Shown here: positions 39,584 to 53,039 of the stretch, piece by piece
How the letters are laid out: the number at the start of each line of letters is the position of its first letter
How positions within the stretch are numbered: the stretch's first letter is position 1
Assembly: GCF_001194135.2 (NCBI RefSeq)
Contig: NC_068983.1
Coordinates: 93,588,702-93,652,701 of the forward strand
DNA from: Octopus bimaculoides
Lineage: Eukaryota
Reading direction: 5' to 3'
Length of the DNA stretch: 64,000 nt
Position numbers and translations under genes: made by a program
The notes under the pieces: model-generated
Told to the model about the DNA's origin: nothing
What the model saw: only the letters and a program-made list of their open reading frames with translations
Databases searched by the model: none

Positions 39584-40815
39584 GTGGTGAGCTGGCAGAA
39601 ACTTTTTGCATACTAGACAAAATGCTTAATGGTGTTTCATCAATCTTTATGCATTGAGTTCAAATTCCACTGAGGTTGACTTTGCCTTTCATCCTTTCAA
39701 AGCGATAAAATACATACTAGCTAAGCACTGGGGTTGATGTAATTGACTTACCCCCTCCCCTGAAATTGCTGGCTTGTGCCAAAATTTGAAACCATTATTA
39801 TTTTTATTAAGGCAGCAAGCTGGCAGAATCATTACCATGCCAAGCAAAATGCCTAATGGCATTTCTCTCATCACTACATTCTGAGTTCAAATTCTGCCAA
39901 GGTCGACTTTGCCTTTCATTCTTTCGGGGTCAATAAATTAAGTGCCAGTAAAACACTGGGGTTGATTAATTGACTAGTCTCCTCCCCACAAATTTCAGGC
40001 CTTGTGCCTATAGTTGAAAGGATTATTATTATCATTATTATTATTAAGAAGGCAGTGATCTGGAAGTATTATTACTGTATAGAACAAAATGTTTAATGGA
40101 ATTTCTTACAGTTTTACTTTCTGAGTTCAAATTCTTCTAAGGTCAACTTGCCTTTCTTCTTTTCAGGGTTGATAAAATAAATAACAGTCGAGCACTGGGG
40201 TCAATGTATTCAACTGGAACCCTTCCCCCAAATTTCTGACCTTGTGCCGCTAGTTTTAAGGACTATTATTATTATTATTATTATTATTGACTTTGACAGG
40301 ATTTTTATGCTCTGAGTCCACATCCTGCAGAGGCCAACATTACTTATCATCCTTTTGGGGTTGATACAGTAAGGTTGTTCTAAGAGTTTTATTTCATTTA
40401 CTGCAATTCTGAACTGTAATATCTCAATGACAGGATGTTAGAATATTGATATTTGTAAGTTAGCACAACTATACATAAAACAATTAATTTTATTATTATT
40501 AATATTATAAATTTAATGGTGACCACATTAACAGAAGTTAACTCCTTCCCTTAAATGTGGTTGGCCTTGTGCCTAAATCATAAACCATTATTATTATTAT
40601 TATAGCAGTGAGCTGGTAGAATTGCTACCACACTGATTGAAATGATTAGCAGTATTTCACCCATTTTTATGATCTGGGTTAATATTCTGCTAAGGTCAAC
40701 TTTGCCTTTCATCCTTTTGGGAGTTGATAAATTAAGTACCAGTGATGTAGGGGGGGGCAGTGTGATCGACTTACCCTTCTCACAAATTTCAGGCCTTGTG
40801 CCTACAGTAGAGAGG

Positions 40816-40851
<36 letters not shown>

Positions 40852-40870
40852 AGTATTATTATTATTATTA
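39584..40870 (+). mobile_element. Head-to-tail array of family-B SINEs joined by (TAT)n tails
   Basis: Near-full copies at about 39584, 39810, 40050 and 40604 plus fragments at 40290 and 40530. Most have a gagttcaaatt B box and end ggccttgtgcc...(att)n. Confidence 0.8.
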
Positions 40871-41875
40871 TTATTGGTTTCAAATTTTGGCACAAGACTA
40901 GTAATTTCAGGGGAGGGTGTACATATATACATACATATGTATGTATGTAAGTACATACATACGGATAGATAGATGGATTGATGTGTATTTGTGTGTGACT
41001 GTCTCCTTGTCTTGGCATGGTGTGATAGTTGTAAACAAATGTTTACATCATGTGAGTGATGTCCTTCATTCCCAATCTTCTGTGAAAACATGTTTGGTCA
41101 TGGGGAAATGTGACCTTACATGGAAACAGGTGAGGGTTGGTGACAGGAAGGGCATCTGGCTGTAGAAAATCCACCTCAACAAATTCCATCTGACTTATAC
41201 AGGCATAGAAAAGTGGATGTTAAAATGATAATGATGATGATGATGACAATTCTTGTCTTGATGTTTTTATATTTTGTTAGTTTCTCTATTTCTTTCAGAA
41301 ATACATTATTAACTATTTGAATAGATTATGAGATAATAATATTTCTGTGAATTTCCTACATCTCCCTGCTTGTGTGAGTCAGTAAATTGCAGAGTATAAA
41401 AGTCCTATGTGATTAGTAATTAATTGCATCAAGAGAAGTTTGTGTGTTAAGTGGAGAGATGAATTCTAATATTTTCAAAGAAAAACCTCTCAAAAATCCT
41501 TTGGTCTCAGAGCTTTGAGTCCTGGTTTATCACTAAGTGCTGAGTAATTTCTTTGTCTACCTCTTTGCTTGTTTTTGTCAAGTACCATCCACAGAGTGGG
41601 GTTTTCTCATCAACAAATTGGCATGACATTTTATTGCCTCATTTTTAATTTGGTCCTTTTTAGTAATTTCTGTTATTATATATATATTCTTATTCTAATG
41701 TTTGTTTTTATGTTGAGCTATAATAAAAACAATTTTACATTGAACTGAAGTATAACTTTTAAAATAAGAATAGTATTTTACAGTGATTTTGAAGTTTCAG
41801 CCTGCATGGGCTTCATTGCACTGTCTGATAAAGGTCAAACAGGCCAATACTTCAAAGTCACTGGCAATACTATAT

Positions 41876-41910
<35 letters not shown>

Positions 41911-44900
41911 TGTTGTTGTTGTTCTTTCTTAAACACTTCTCAGCTGTCTCTTATCTCAGTTTTTGTTTCCACCTTCTTCATGTTTTGTAGTTATTTGTAT
42001 TGATTTTCTTTTCTTCTATATTAGCTATTTTTGTAGACTTACTGTTGATATTTCATAGTATTTTTCTAATTGCAGAAACAACATTACTTCTTCTACCTAA
42101 TTGTATTGATAGTAAATCATCTTTCTATGCAGTCATTAGTTTTCTTCCTTATCTGTCTAGTGTTGAAATTTCACTTAGTTTCAAGTTGAAAATATTATAA
42201 CTACAGCTAATTACTTGAGCAGCTTTTGATGCCTATTACCTTATTTTTAGCATTTAACTAAGTTTTAAGCATTAATCTGTCTATAATATTATTTTCTCAA
42301 CTTTCTTTTGTGTATTATTCTGTCTAGTTCATTAATTTCTAAGTAATTTGTAACCTGTGTTTGGCTTAATTCTCTTATCTCTGTTTCTTTATCTTACATA
42401 ATTGTTTCTAATTTAGACACAAAGCCAGCAATTTTGAGGGGGAAGGTTAGTCAATATCATTGACTCCAGTATTTAACTAGTATTTCATTTTGTTAAACCT
42501 GAAAGAAGGAAAAGTAATCTTTACTTTGGTGAGAGTTGGACTCAGAATATAACATAGAGTAGCACAATTAAAGGCAAGTCATTTTGAGTGACAGCCTAGC
42601 AATTCTGCCAATCTACTACCCTTTTCTTTATTCCCTTAATTTGTTAATTGTTTCAGTCATTTGACTGCAGCCATGCTGGAGTACTGCTTTGAAGGGTTTT
42701 AGTCGAACAAATTGACCCCAGGACTTATTTTTTTGAACTGCTAAGTTACAAGGACATAAACACACCAACACCAGTTGTCAAGCAGTGATAGGGGTTCAAA
42801 TACAGGTACACATACACACACACATATATATATACATACATATATATATATATATATATACAATGGGCTTTTTTCAGTTTCCATCTACCAAATCCAGTCA
42901 TGAGATTATAGTAAAAGACACTTGCCCAAGGTGCCACACAGTTGGACTGAACCCGGAACCAGGTGTTTGGGAAGCAAGCTTCTTACCACACAGCCATGCC
43001 TGTGCCTATTATTTTTCTAATTCTCCCCTCTTCAAGATTATTTTGACATATTTCTAAACTGAATTTCATACTAATTTCTCTCCCAAATCTTTCCACTATA
43101 TGTAAATGATTTTCTTATTATATCTTATTTATAGTCTTCAACTTGAGGTTATCCATACACATGAGATGGTTGATTGTCACTCCATGATACTTGTGTTCAT
43201 ATTCAGTCTGGTTTTTAGCATATAAGTGAAACACAACAATGACAAAATTAAAAAGTAGTGGAGTAAGTCCCCATTCAGTACAACACTTCTAATAAACATT
43301 GGTTTAGTTTTAACAATATCCCATTTTCTGTCCCATTGTTGTTTTATCAGCAGGTTTTATGTTTATCTATTCTTTCATTGGTCCCTAAGAGGATTCGTTT
43401 ATTTATTTCTTTAACTATTTCCACCTTTTGATTATTGTCATATTTCAAAATTTACTGATGTAGAGCTTACAACTTTTAACTCTTTCTCATATTTGCTTAT
43501 GTTTATATTTCCATCAGTTGTAGTTTTGGTTCAACTTTTGTTAGTATTCTATAAGTGTGCTATAGATTTGATTTTGCCGTGTTTTATTGTTTCTTTCATT
43601 TGTTTTGTACTAGATCTGAATTCATGATTTATGTGCTCTATGTTGTTAGCGTTAATGTATTATATTTTTATTATTTGTATTATCATTATGCATTCTTTCT
43701 TCAAAGTTTTCTGCTTTTATGTTCTATGTTTTTACTTTTATTTTTAAATATGTATCTTAGAATGTTGGAATCCAAAGTTTTAGACTAGGGTTATTTTTTC
43801 CCCAGATACTATATATGCATGTGTTGGGGAAATCTCATTTTTTCGGATAGTATATTGGTAAAATATACATGTACTATGGAAATGTAAGTGTCTTGGGTCC
43901 ATTTATTATTTTGTTGAGGAATAAAGTCCAGCTCTTTATTTAGATTATCATCTACTTTTTTTATCAGGTAACAATTTATTCATTTCTGACAATACAAAAG
44001 GTTTCATACTCCATTTTTCTAAAAGATTTCCTGCATCAAATTCAAAGTACACATTTTCCTTTTAACCATGGGCGAATATTATACTTTCCATTTGTATTGT
44101 CTATCATGCTTTGTTTTGGTTTGAATTTGTCTGGTATTGATCTGACTTGCACTCTGCTGCTGCTACTGTTGTTGTTTCACTTGTAGTATTTTTATTGCAC
44201 ACTTTTACAGTACAACCCAGTGCAGTTCTGTATGGAATATTTTTGCTTTGTTTTTTCTGTTGCATTGGAAATAGATTGTGTAAGTTTTATTGTGAGGTGA
44301 TCATGTAGAATATGTGCTGTGTGAGTTGTGTGATATTATTTAGTCATGCCACATTACATTCTCAGTTCTGATCTCTTGTGGCTGGGGTTGATAAAATAAG
44401 TACCAGTAATATACCGTGTTTTCGATCTATTTCTTTTCATTTTTTTAGCCTTATTGCAAGCCATGTAAAATGCACCCAACACACGTTCTAAAGTGATTGG
44501 TGTTAGGAAGGGCATCTAGCCATAGAAACCATGCCACAAGAGACAATTAGAGTTGAAACTGCAATCTTACTATCATGAGTCCAACACACTAACCACTAAG
44601 CTACGTGCCTCCACTGGTTACTCATTTACAGTTGAGTGGAATGGAACTGTGAAATGAAATATAATGTTCAAGAACACGACAAACCACCAGGTCCAAGAAC
44701 TGAAACCATGATCTTGCTATCATGAGTACAACTCCCTAACCATTAGGCCATGTGCTTTTCCTATGCTTGCATATGCTCTCCCTATGCTTGCATGGGTTAG
44801 ATGGAATGAATTTGTTGAGCAGATATTTTACAGCCAAATGCCCTTCCTGTTGCCAGCCCTCATGGCCAGATTTTACAGAATATTGAAAACAAAGGATACC

Positions 44901-44974
44901 ACTTGCATTATGGTAACACTTGTTTACAACAGTGTCAAGGCAAGGTGACAGTAACACACACACACACATATATA

Positions 44975-45905
44975 TCAGGTCATCCTATAAGTTCTGTCCG
45001 AATTTTGAATAAAGAAAACAAGTGATCAAATGTTATATTTAATTGAAATTTAATCATCAATGTACTTTCCCTGATTATCTATGACTTCCTTCCATCTATT
45101 TACAAGCTTTTTAATCCCATCAATGTAAAACTCTTTTGGTTTCAAAGTGAAGAACTCTGAAATGTCAGTTTTGACCTCCTCCTGGCTTGCAAAAGTTATG
45201 TCCCCCAAATGATTCTGTAAACTACAAAACAAATGGTAGTCTGAAGGAGCAAGGTCGGGAGAATAAGGTGGAGGAGGAATTTTTTCCCAACCAAGCTCTT
45301 CAATCTTCTGTGATGTGNNNNNNNNNNNNNNNNNNNNNNNNNNNNNNNNNNNNNNNNNNNNNNNNNNNNNNNNNNNNNNNNNNNNNNNNNNNNNNNNNNN
45401 NNNNNNNNNNNNNNNNNNNNNNNNNNNNNNNNNNNNNNNNNNNNNNNNNNNNNNNNNNNNNNNNNNNNNNNNNNNNNNNNNNNNNNNNNNNNNNNNNNNN
45501 NNNNNNNNNNNNNNNNNNNNNNNNNNNNNNNNNNNNNNNNNNNNNNNNNNNNNNNNNNNNNNNNNNNNNNNNNNNNNNNNNNNNNNNNNNNNNNNNNNNN
45601 NNNNNNNNNNNNNNNNNNNNNNNNNNACATTTTGATAGAACATCCATTTTTCGTCACCAGTCACAAGTCATTCCAAAAAGGGTGAAATGAGTTTGTGAGA
45701 ATGGAGAGAAAAACAGATGTCAACTCAGGATTTGCAGTTGCTTTTGGACAATTCATGGGGCACCCATTTTCCAAGTATAGGAACGTTTCCAAGTTGTTGA
45801 AGATGACGATGAACAGTTGTATGGTTTGAACTAAGCTTTATTACCAATTCTTCAACTGATAATGCAGGATTTTCTTCAAGTAATGCCTCAAGGGGCTTAT
45901 CATCA
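44975..45905 (-). mobile_element. Mariner (DD34D) transposon copy 1, broken by two gaps
   Basis: TA then TIR tcaggtcatcctataagttctgtccg. Visible minus-strand peptides LGKWVPHEL, MTGDEKW and PPYSPDLAPSDYHLF...DNQGKYIDD*. Same family as 56086-57236. Confidence 0.9.
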
Positions 45906-47789
45906 NNNNNNNNNNNNNNNNNNNNNNNNNNNNNNNNNNNNNNNNNNNNNNNNNNNNNNNNNNNNNNNNNNNNNNNNNNNNNNNNNNNNNNNNNNNNNNN
46001 NNNNNNNNNNNNNNNNNNNNNNNNNNNNNNNNNNNNNNNNNNNNNNNNNNNNNNNNNNNNNNNNNNNNNNNNNNNNNNNNNNNNNNNNNNNNNNNNNNNN
46101 NNNNNNNNNNNNNNNNNNNNNNNNNNNNNNNNNNNNNNNNNNNNNNNNNNNNNNNNNNNNNNNNNNNNNNNNNNNNNNNNNNNNNNNNNNNNNNNNNNNN
46201 NNNNNNNNNNNNNNNNNNNNNNNNNNNNNNNNNNNNNNNNNNNNNNNNNNNNNNNNNNNNNNNNNNNNNNNNNNNNNNNNNNNNNNNNNNNNNNNNNNNN
46301 NNNNNNNNNNNNNNNNNNNNNNNNNNNNNNNNNNNNNNNNNNNNNNNNNNNNNNNNNNNNNNNNNNNNNNNNNNNNNNNNNNNNNNNNNNNNNNNNNNNN
46401 NNNNNNNNNNNNNNNNNNNNNNNNNNNNNNNNNNNNNNNNNNNNNNNNNNNNNNNNNNNNNNNNNNNNNNNNNNNNNNNNNNNNNNNNNNNNNNNNNNNN
46501 NNNNNNNNNNNNNNNNNNNNNNNNNNNNNNNNNNNNNNTATATATATATATATATATATATATATCATGCATGATTTTGAAGATAAGCATTTTAGATATC
46601 AAATGAAATATTGTTGAGCTTAAATGAACTCAGGCAGAATGGTATAAAAGAGAGACTGCAAAAATACCTCCTCTTGCATAAGTTGGAGATAGTGCAGATT
46701 TAACTTAAAAGGCAGATGAAGGTGAGAAGCTCAAATGGAAAGCAGATTATTTAATCATATTTTCTAACTCCCAACATATTATCACTTAATGTCAGAAAAT
46801 TTCCTACAAGTACACAGCATTATCAAATTACTGACAACAATTAACTGGCTGAATATTTCATGAGACAATGGAAGTGTGCAGTAGGTGGAATATTATTATG
46901 TATGTACTCGTTATTATTCATCTTCATCATGTGAACACAGATGTGGGGGTGCAGTAAGACAGCCTTTTCATGTCTTGAAAGCCTTTAGATAATGTGACTA
47001 ATGACTAATTACAGCACCACAAATAATGTGTCATGGAAGGTGAAAAGTTATCTTCTGGCTAAAATTAAATTCTGGAGATAAATTAGTGATAGAGAGAGAC
47101 ATACATACATTTCATTTAAGTCAGAAATCAAGCTATCCATCTTAGATCTTGTCAGATTGGATAAAAGCCACCTGTTTATTAGCAAGAACCTTGGAGATAT
47201 CAGGTAGATATAAATATCGGAGCATACATCTTGATATATTGATATCACACTTAATAAAGAAATTTTCTCTATTCAGCTTTACTTTCTGCTGTATCTGTGT
47301 GTGTGTGTACTTATATTATTGTCTCTTTATGGTCAGAGTTCAAATCCCAACAGGGTCATCTTCGCTTTACATTGTCTATAATAATAAAATAAGTACCTGT
47401 CAACTTCAGGAGTAGATTTAATCAACTGTCTTTCCCTCACAAATCTGAATGGACTTATATTGGAAATTCATCCCTCCTCCTCCTCCTCATCATCATCATT
47501 GTTTTTATTTCTGTTTTTCCCATGCTGATATGGGTTAAATGAGACTCATTTAGGCAATATTATGGATGCCCTTCTTGACAACAACCTTTGTTTTTCAAGT
47601 AAGATACTTTATTGATGGACTTCATATGAGCTGCTTGACTTTTCATCCCTGTAAGCCATAAACATTATCACCACATGTAATGCAGTGATGCCTAGGTACA
47701 AATGTATGCGCAACACACACACACACGCACACACACACACACACGTACATAAATACATGCATAAATACATACATACAAACAAACAGCAA

Positions 47790-48655
47790 TATGTGATGAC
47801 TGATGCAGACTTTGTGGAGCTAACGCTGAAGATATCACCCACATCATAAGCAGTTGTCCGAAAATATCATGGTATTATCTACTGATTAGACATGGATGTT
47901 GTTGCTAAGACAGTGTATAATGAGATCCATCAGAAAGATAACCCCAGGGCCAAAGAAATAAGAACCCACAGTATGGTAGAACCATAGCCACTCATAATAA
48001 AGAGTACTAGTGGAATGTCTCAGTGAAAACCTCAATAAAATGTAAACACAAGAGACCTGATATAGTGATCTGGGATAGAGAAAAGAAACTGTTTACAGTT
48101 GTGGAAATCAGTTGCCCAGTGGATGATAAAGATCAATGAAAAAGAAAACACCTATGCTGAACTATTGAGAAATTTACAGTTACTTTATCCAAATTACAAT
48201 TTCAGGTTTATACCTGTAATTATTGGGGCACTGGGATATGTAACACACAACCTAAATACCATCTTGAGAAACTAGGCTTCTCAAAACCAGGAAAGAGAAA
48301 GCTGATTTGAAGACTACAGATCCAAGCCATTACTGGAACTGTAAAAATCAGTAAAACTTTCCAGAAGTTTATCATTTAAGTGTATATGAGTATTTCTAGA
48401 CATGTAACTATATGCATGAGAATGCATACATAAAACAAAACATACAGGTCTGCACATATACATACATGCATGCATGCATGCATACATACATACACACACA
48501 CACACATACATATATGCATACATACATACACACATACATCCATACAAACAAACAAAACTATCCTGTTGATGTGGTGAAATTCCAATGAAGGAGCCTTGGA
48601 TCTAGATTAGAAACCAGCCCTTTCTCTATTGGCAAGAAATCTCGAAATAAAATAT
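47790..48655 (+). mobile_element. R4/Dong-like non-LTR retrotransposon 3' fragment (CCHC knuckle, restriction-like endonuclease, 3' UTR)
   Basis: CRLCGANAEDITHIISSCP (C-x2-C-x8-H-x4-C, from 47804), RH, KHKRPDIVIWDREKKLFTVVEISCP (PD-(D/E)xK-type RLE), EKENTYAELL...IPVIIGALG, stop at 48377-48379. Several frameshifts and stops. Assignment of the 3' UTR is approximate. Confidence 0.85.
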
Positions 48656-49526
48656 ATGATAGGATTCTCTGTTTTCATGTACTATATTTTACTCACAAGG
48701 CATTTGTCCAAGGTGCTACACAGTGGAATCAGATCCAAATCTGTGTGGTTGTGAAGCGACCTTTTTAATTACACAGTCATGTCTACAACTGAATCATTAT
48801 TATTAACACTTTTACTGCAGTAGTCAGATATATCCACACACATGTACAATGGGTGCTCCACTCTACCTGCAATGTCGATAGGTTTTTAATGTATGTTGAT
48901 TCTAAAGCCAATCACTCTGTACATTCAATGACAAGAGAGATAACACATTCCTTATTTGAAAACCTGGCAGGGTTCTTGTCAAGAAAGGCATCTGGCCATA
49001 GAATACAACCTCAAAAAATTCCTGTCAAACTCTTGGTAGCATGGAAAAGTGGTTGTTATAAGATTGAAGGAATGATACATACACAAGCGTGTGCACACAC
49101 ACATACACACACACACACACACACACATACAAATACACACATATGTACATGCATATGTATATATTAATAACATATATGTATGTGTGTGTATGTATATATA
49201 AATGCTTTTCCTGTGTGACTAATATATATATATATGTAGTCACACAGGAAAAGCATCTGGCCTTCCTCTGATCCATGCAAGCATTAAGAAATCAATCGTA
49301 AAACAATGCCAATAAATGTGTGTGTACATACATATATAATATGTATGTATANNNNNNNNNNCAATAACAATAATAACAATAATAATAACAAATAAATAGA
49401 CCTATGTACATATATATATATGTATGTATGTATGCATGTATGTTTGTATATATGTGCAAATATATATGTATCATAATGATCATTATTTAATGTCAGCCTT
49501 CCATACTGACATAGATTGAACAATAT

Positions 49527-49567
<41 letters not shown>

Positions 49568-50252
49568 GAACTGTGTGTGTGTGTATGTTTGGAACTGTGT
49601 GTTTTTTAATGTTTTTATGTGTTTGAATTTATCTGTTCAATACAATAGTGTCAGTTAGCACAGATCTAGTGTTGAGTGAAAATTTTAAACTTAGCTAATG
49701 GGTAAAAATTGTAGAATAAAGTATCAGACTGAAATATATATATACTGGCGACACTATGATTGACTATAAAACCCCTGAAGCTGTGACCCAGCATGGCCAC
49801 AGTTCAATGACTAAAACCAGTAAAGAAATGAAAGAATGGGTGTGTGTGTGTGTGTGTATGTGCGTGCAAGGGAGTGTATGTATATTTGTACATTTGTGTT
49901 TGTGTATACACACACACACACACACCCACACACATATGTATACCTACATATATNNNNNNNNNNNNNNNNNNNNNNNNNNNNNNNNNNNNNNNNNNNNNNN
50001 NNNNNNNNNNNNNNNNNNNNNNNNNNNNNNNNNNNNNNNNNNNNNNNNNNNNNNNNNNNNNNNNNNNNNNNNNNNNNNNNNNNNNNNNNNNNNNNNNNNN
50101 NNNNNNNNNNNNNNNNNNNNNNNNNNNNNNNNNNNNNNNNNNNNNNNNNNNNNNNNNNNNNNNNNNNNNNNNNNNNNNNNNNNNNNNNNNNNNNNNNNNN
50201 NNNNNNNNNNNNNNNNNNNNNNNNNNNNNNNNNNNNNNNNNNNNNNNNNNNN

Positions 50253-50284
<32 letters not shown>

Positions 50285-50892
50285 ATATATGTATATGTAT
50301 ATATATATATATTTATTTATATATATATTGAAAATTATATATAAATATGTACATAATGTATGTGTGCATGTATGTAAATACACACACACACACACACCAT
50401 AAAATATCAGGAGGTATGAGAGATGAGTATATTTATTTAAGCATTTATGAATATATTTATTTAACCATTGAAATTATTATCACATGCTGAAGACTGAGAA
50501 ATGGCCATAATCCAAAGACTATGGCAATATCTCTGTGTTTATCATGTGATAATAATTTCTGTGTGTACCAAATTCTTTTACATGTCTGCACTAATATGCA
50601 TGCTACATATTATAAGATATATACAACTATGTATTTACAAAGCAGTGAATATTAAAAAATGCTAGCTTGTTCCACTGGAGGAGCTTTCTCTGATAGCTAT
50701 ATGATTCTATGAATCCATGTATTACATTACAGATTTATATATGTCCATACATGATGGACTTTCCCATCAAAGATGATGTTTGAGTGTGCAGCTTTTGCCG
50801 AACAAGCTGCACAAATGATTTGTTTATAGTGATCAAATGTTCATACCACACATTAGCTCACTGGCTCCATCAAATCAATTCCAAGCAGTGAG

Positions 50893-50929
<37 letters not shown>

Positions 50930-50932
<3 letters not shown>

Positions 50933-51078
50933 TTAATAACATCGAAAATACCTTAAGATTGAGAACCCAGGTTTGAAATTTCCCCAAGACACCTGATGAA
51001 GGCTGGAGGGTATATCAGCCGAAACGTGTTAACAAACAAGATGAGGACAAATATCTGTCAAATGTAAATAATGTAAAT
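50930..51078 (+). mobile_element. Penelope-like element terminus (solo copy) with hammerhead motif
   Basis: (TAA)n then aacatcg...gagaacccaggtttgaaatttccccaagacacCTGATGAaggctggagggtatatcagccGAAAC...aatgtaaataatgtaaataat. The CTGANGAAG...CGAAAC signature is characteristic of PLE termini. Same family as 53806-54144. Confidence 0.7.
50988..51030 (+). ncRNA. Minimal type-I hammerhead ribozyme motif, cleavage triplet deleted
   Basis: Stem I gacac/gtgtt, core CTGATGA(A), stem II ggctg-loop-cagcc, GAAAC. The gtt between GAAAC and gtgtt seen at 54083-54085 is missing. Confidence 0.6.
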
Positions 51079-52024
51079 AATATGGGTGGCTTATTAGCAA
51101 TTGAACAACCTAAAGGCAAATTTATAGATGTCACTAAAGTGACAGAGGGTACTAAGTGGTACCAGCATTGGTAGAAATGAGAGTCAAAACAACTCAATCG
51201 CCACAGAAGCCCTATCTTAATGACTGACAAGAGAGACAAGCTCTCTACAGCAGATCTAGCCAGATCACTGGTGACATTGAATTTTGATGCTTCTTAGAGC
51301 ATCTTAATTCTTATTGATGGCTCTTACCGCACCTAGGGTTAAACTCAACTCACCTTGTCAGCTTATATATATACATGTATAATCTGCACCATCATCATCA
51401 TCAACACTATTGACTATTTTTCAACATTCAATGACATTCATCATCAACATTTAACGACCACTTTTCCATTCTCGCATGGGTTAGACAGAATTTGTTGAGA
51501 TACATTTTCTACAACTGGATGCCCTTCCTGTTACCAACCATTGCCTGCTTCCAAGTAAGGGAACATTTTCTCATCACAAGATATGTTTACACAAAAAATC
51601 AGAAATGAAAGACCACATGCATGATGCATTACAGCTGTCACATGATGTTAAGACAAGGAGACAGTAACGCATACACATACATACACGTGTGTGTTTATGA
51701 TAGTCTTCTTTCGGTTTGCATTTATCAAATCCACTCAGAAGGCTTTGGTGATCTGAGGGCTGTGTTAGAACATATTTGCCCTAGGTACCATGCAGTGGGA
51801 CTGAACCAGAACTGCATGATTGGTAAGAAAACTTCTTACTTCATAACCACACAAATGTTTGTATTATTATTATTTAATAACAGTTTGATTCACCTCCATG
51901 CAACTTAAAGTTTTGTAGGCATGTAGAACAGACCTATTTTGTCATGCATCTAGAAGTAATAGAATAATATATGTAGCTCCTACAATATGTTGAGTTCCAC
52001 TTTCTTTCATATATCCACTCACCC

Positions 52025-52102
<78 letters not shown>

Positions 52103-52989
52103 TCATCGTTTAGCATCCACTTTCCATGGTGGCATGGGTTGGACAGTTTGACTGAGAAGAGGCTCCAATCTGATCTGGCAAGATTTCTACAGCTGGATGC
52201 CCTTCTTAATGCCAACCACTCCAAGCGTGTAGTGAGTGCTTTTTACGTGCCACTGGCATAGAAGCAAGTCAGGTGGCACTCGTATTGACCACACTCATAT
52301 AGTTTTTTTTTGCATGCCATTGCACTTGTATATATTTAAATTCATAAACAAACCTGAAGGCTGATAAATTACGAAGAAGAGTGACCACAAAGGTCTTTAT
52401 ACAATAATAACAATAATTATATATTATCATTATTATAATATATATACTCCAAGTAGAGTAACATAATCTAAACAAATGACCAAAAAATTATGAGCTGAAC
52501 CCGTTGGGGATCAAATGCCCACATCAATGCTTACATGGCTCCATGCACATCCAATAGACCCAAATAGCTCACCCATCAATTTCAGTCAAATTTAATGTAT
52601 AAGTACTTACTGGCTAGTATTTATATTTGTAAACAAATGTGAAGGTTGATAAGTTACAGAGAAGAGTGACCACAAAGGTCTTTATACAATAATAGTTATA
52701 ATTATATATCATTATTATAATAATTATATGTATTCCAAGTAGAGCGACCTAATCTAAACAAATAACTGAAAAATGATGAGCTGAACTCATTGGGTTCAGC
52801 TGCCTGTCTGGGAATTTAAACCATGATTTTGGTGGAGTGCGTATGTGATAAGAAGCTTGCTTCCCAACCACATGGTTCCAGGTTCAGCCCCATTGCATGG
52901 CACCTTGGGCAAGTGTCTTCTACTATAGCCTCAGGCTGACTAAAGCCTTGTGAGTGGATTTGGTAGATAGAAACTGAAAGAAGTTTGTC

Positions 52990-53039
<50 letters not shown>

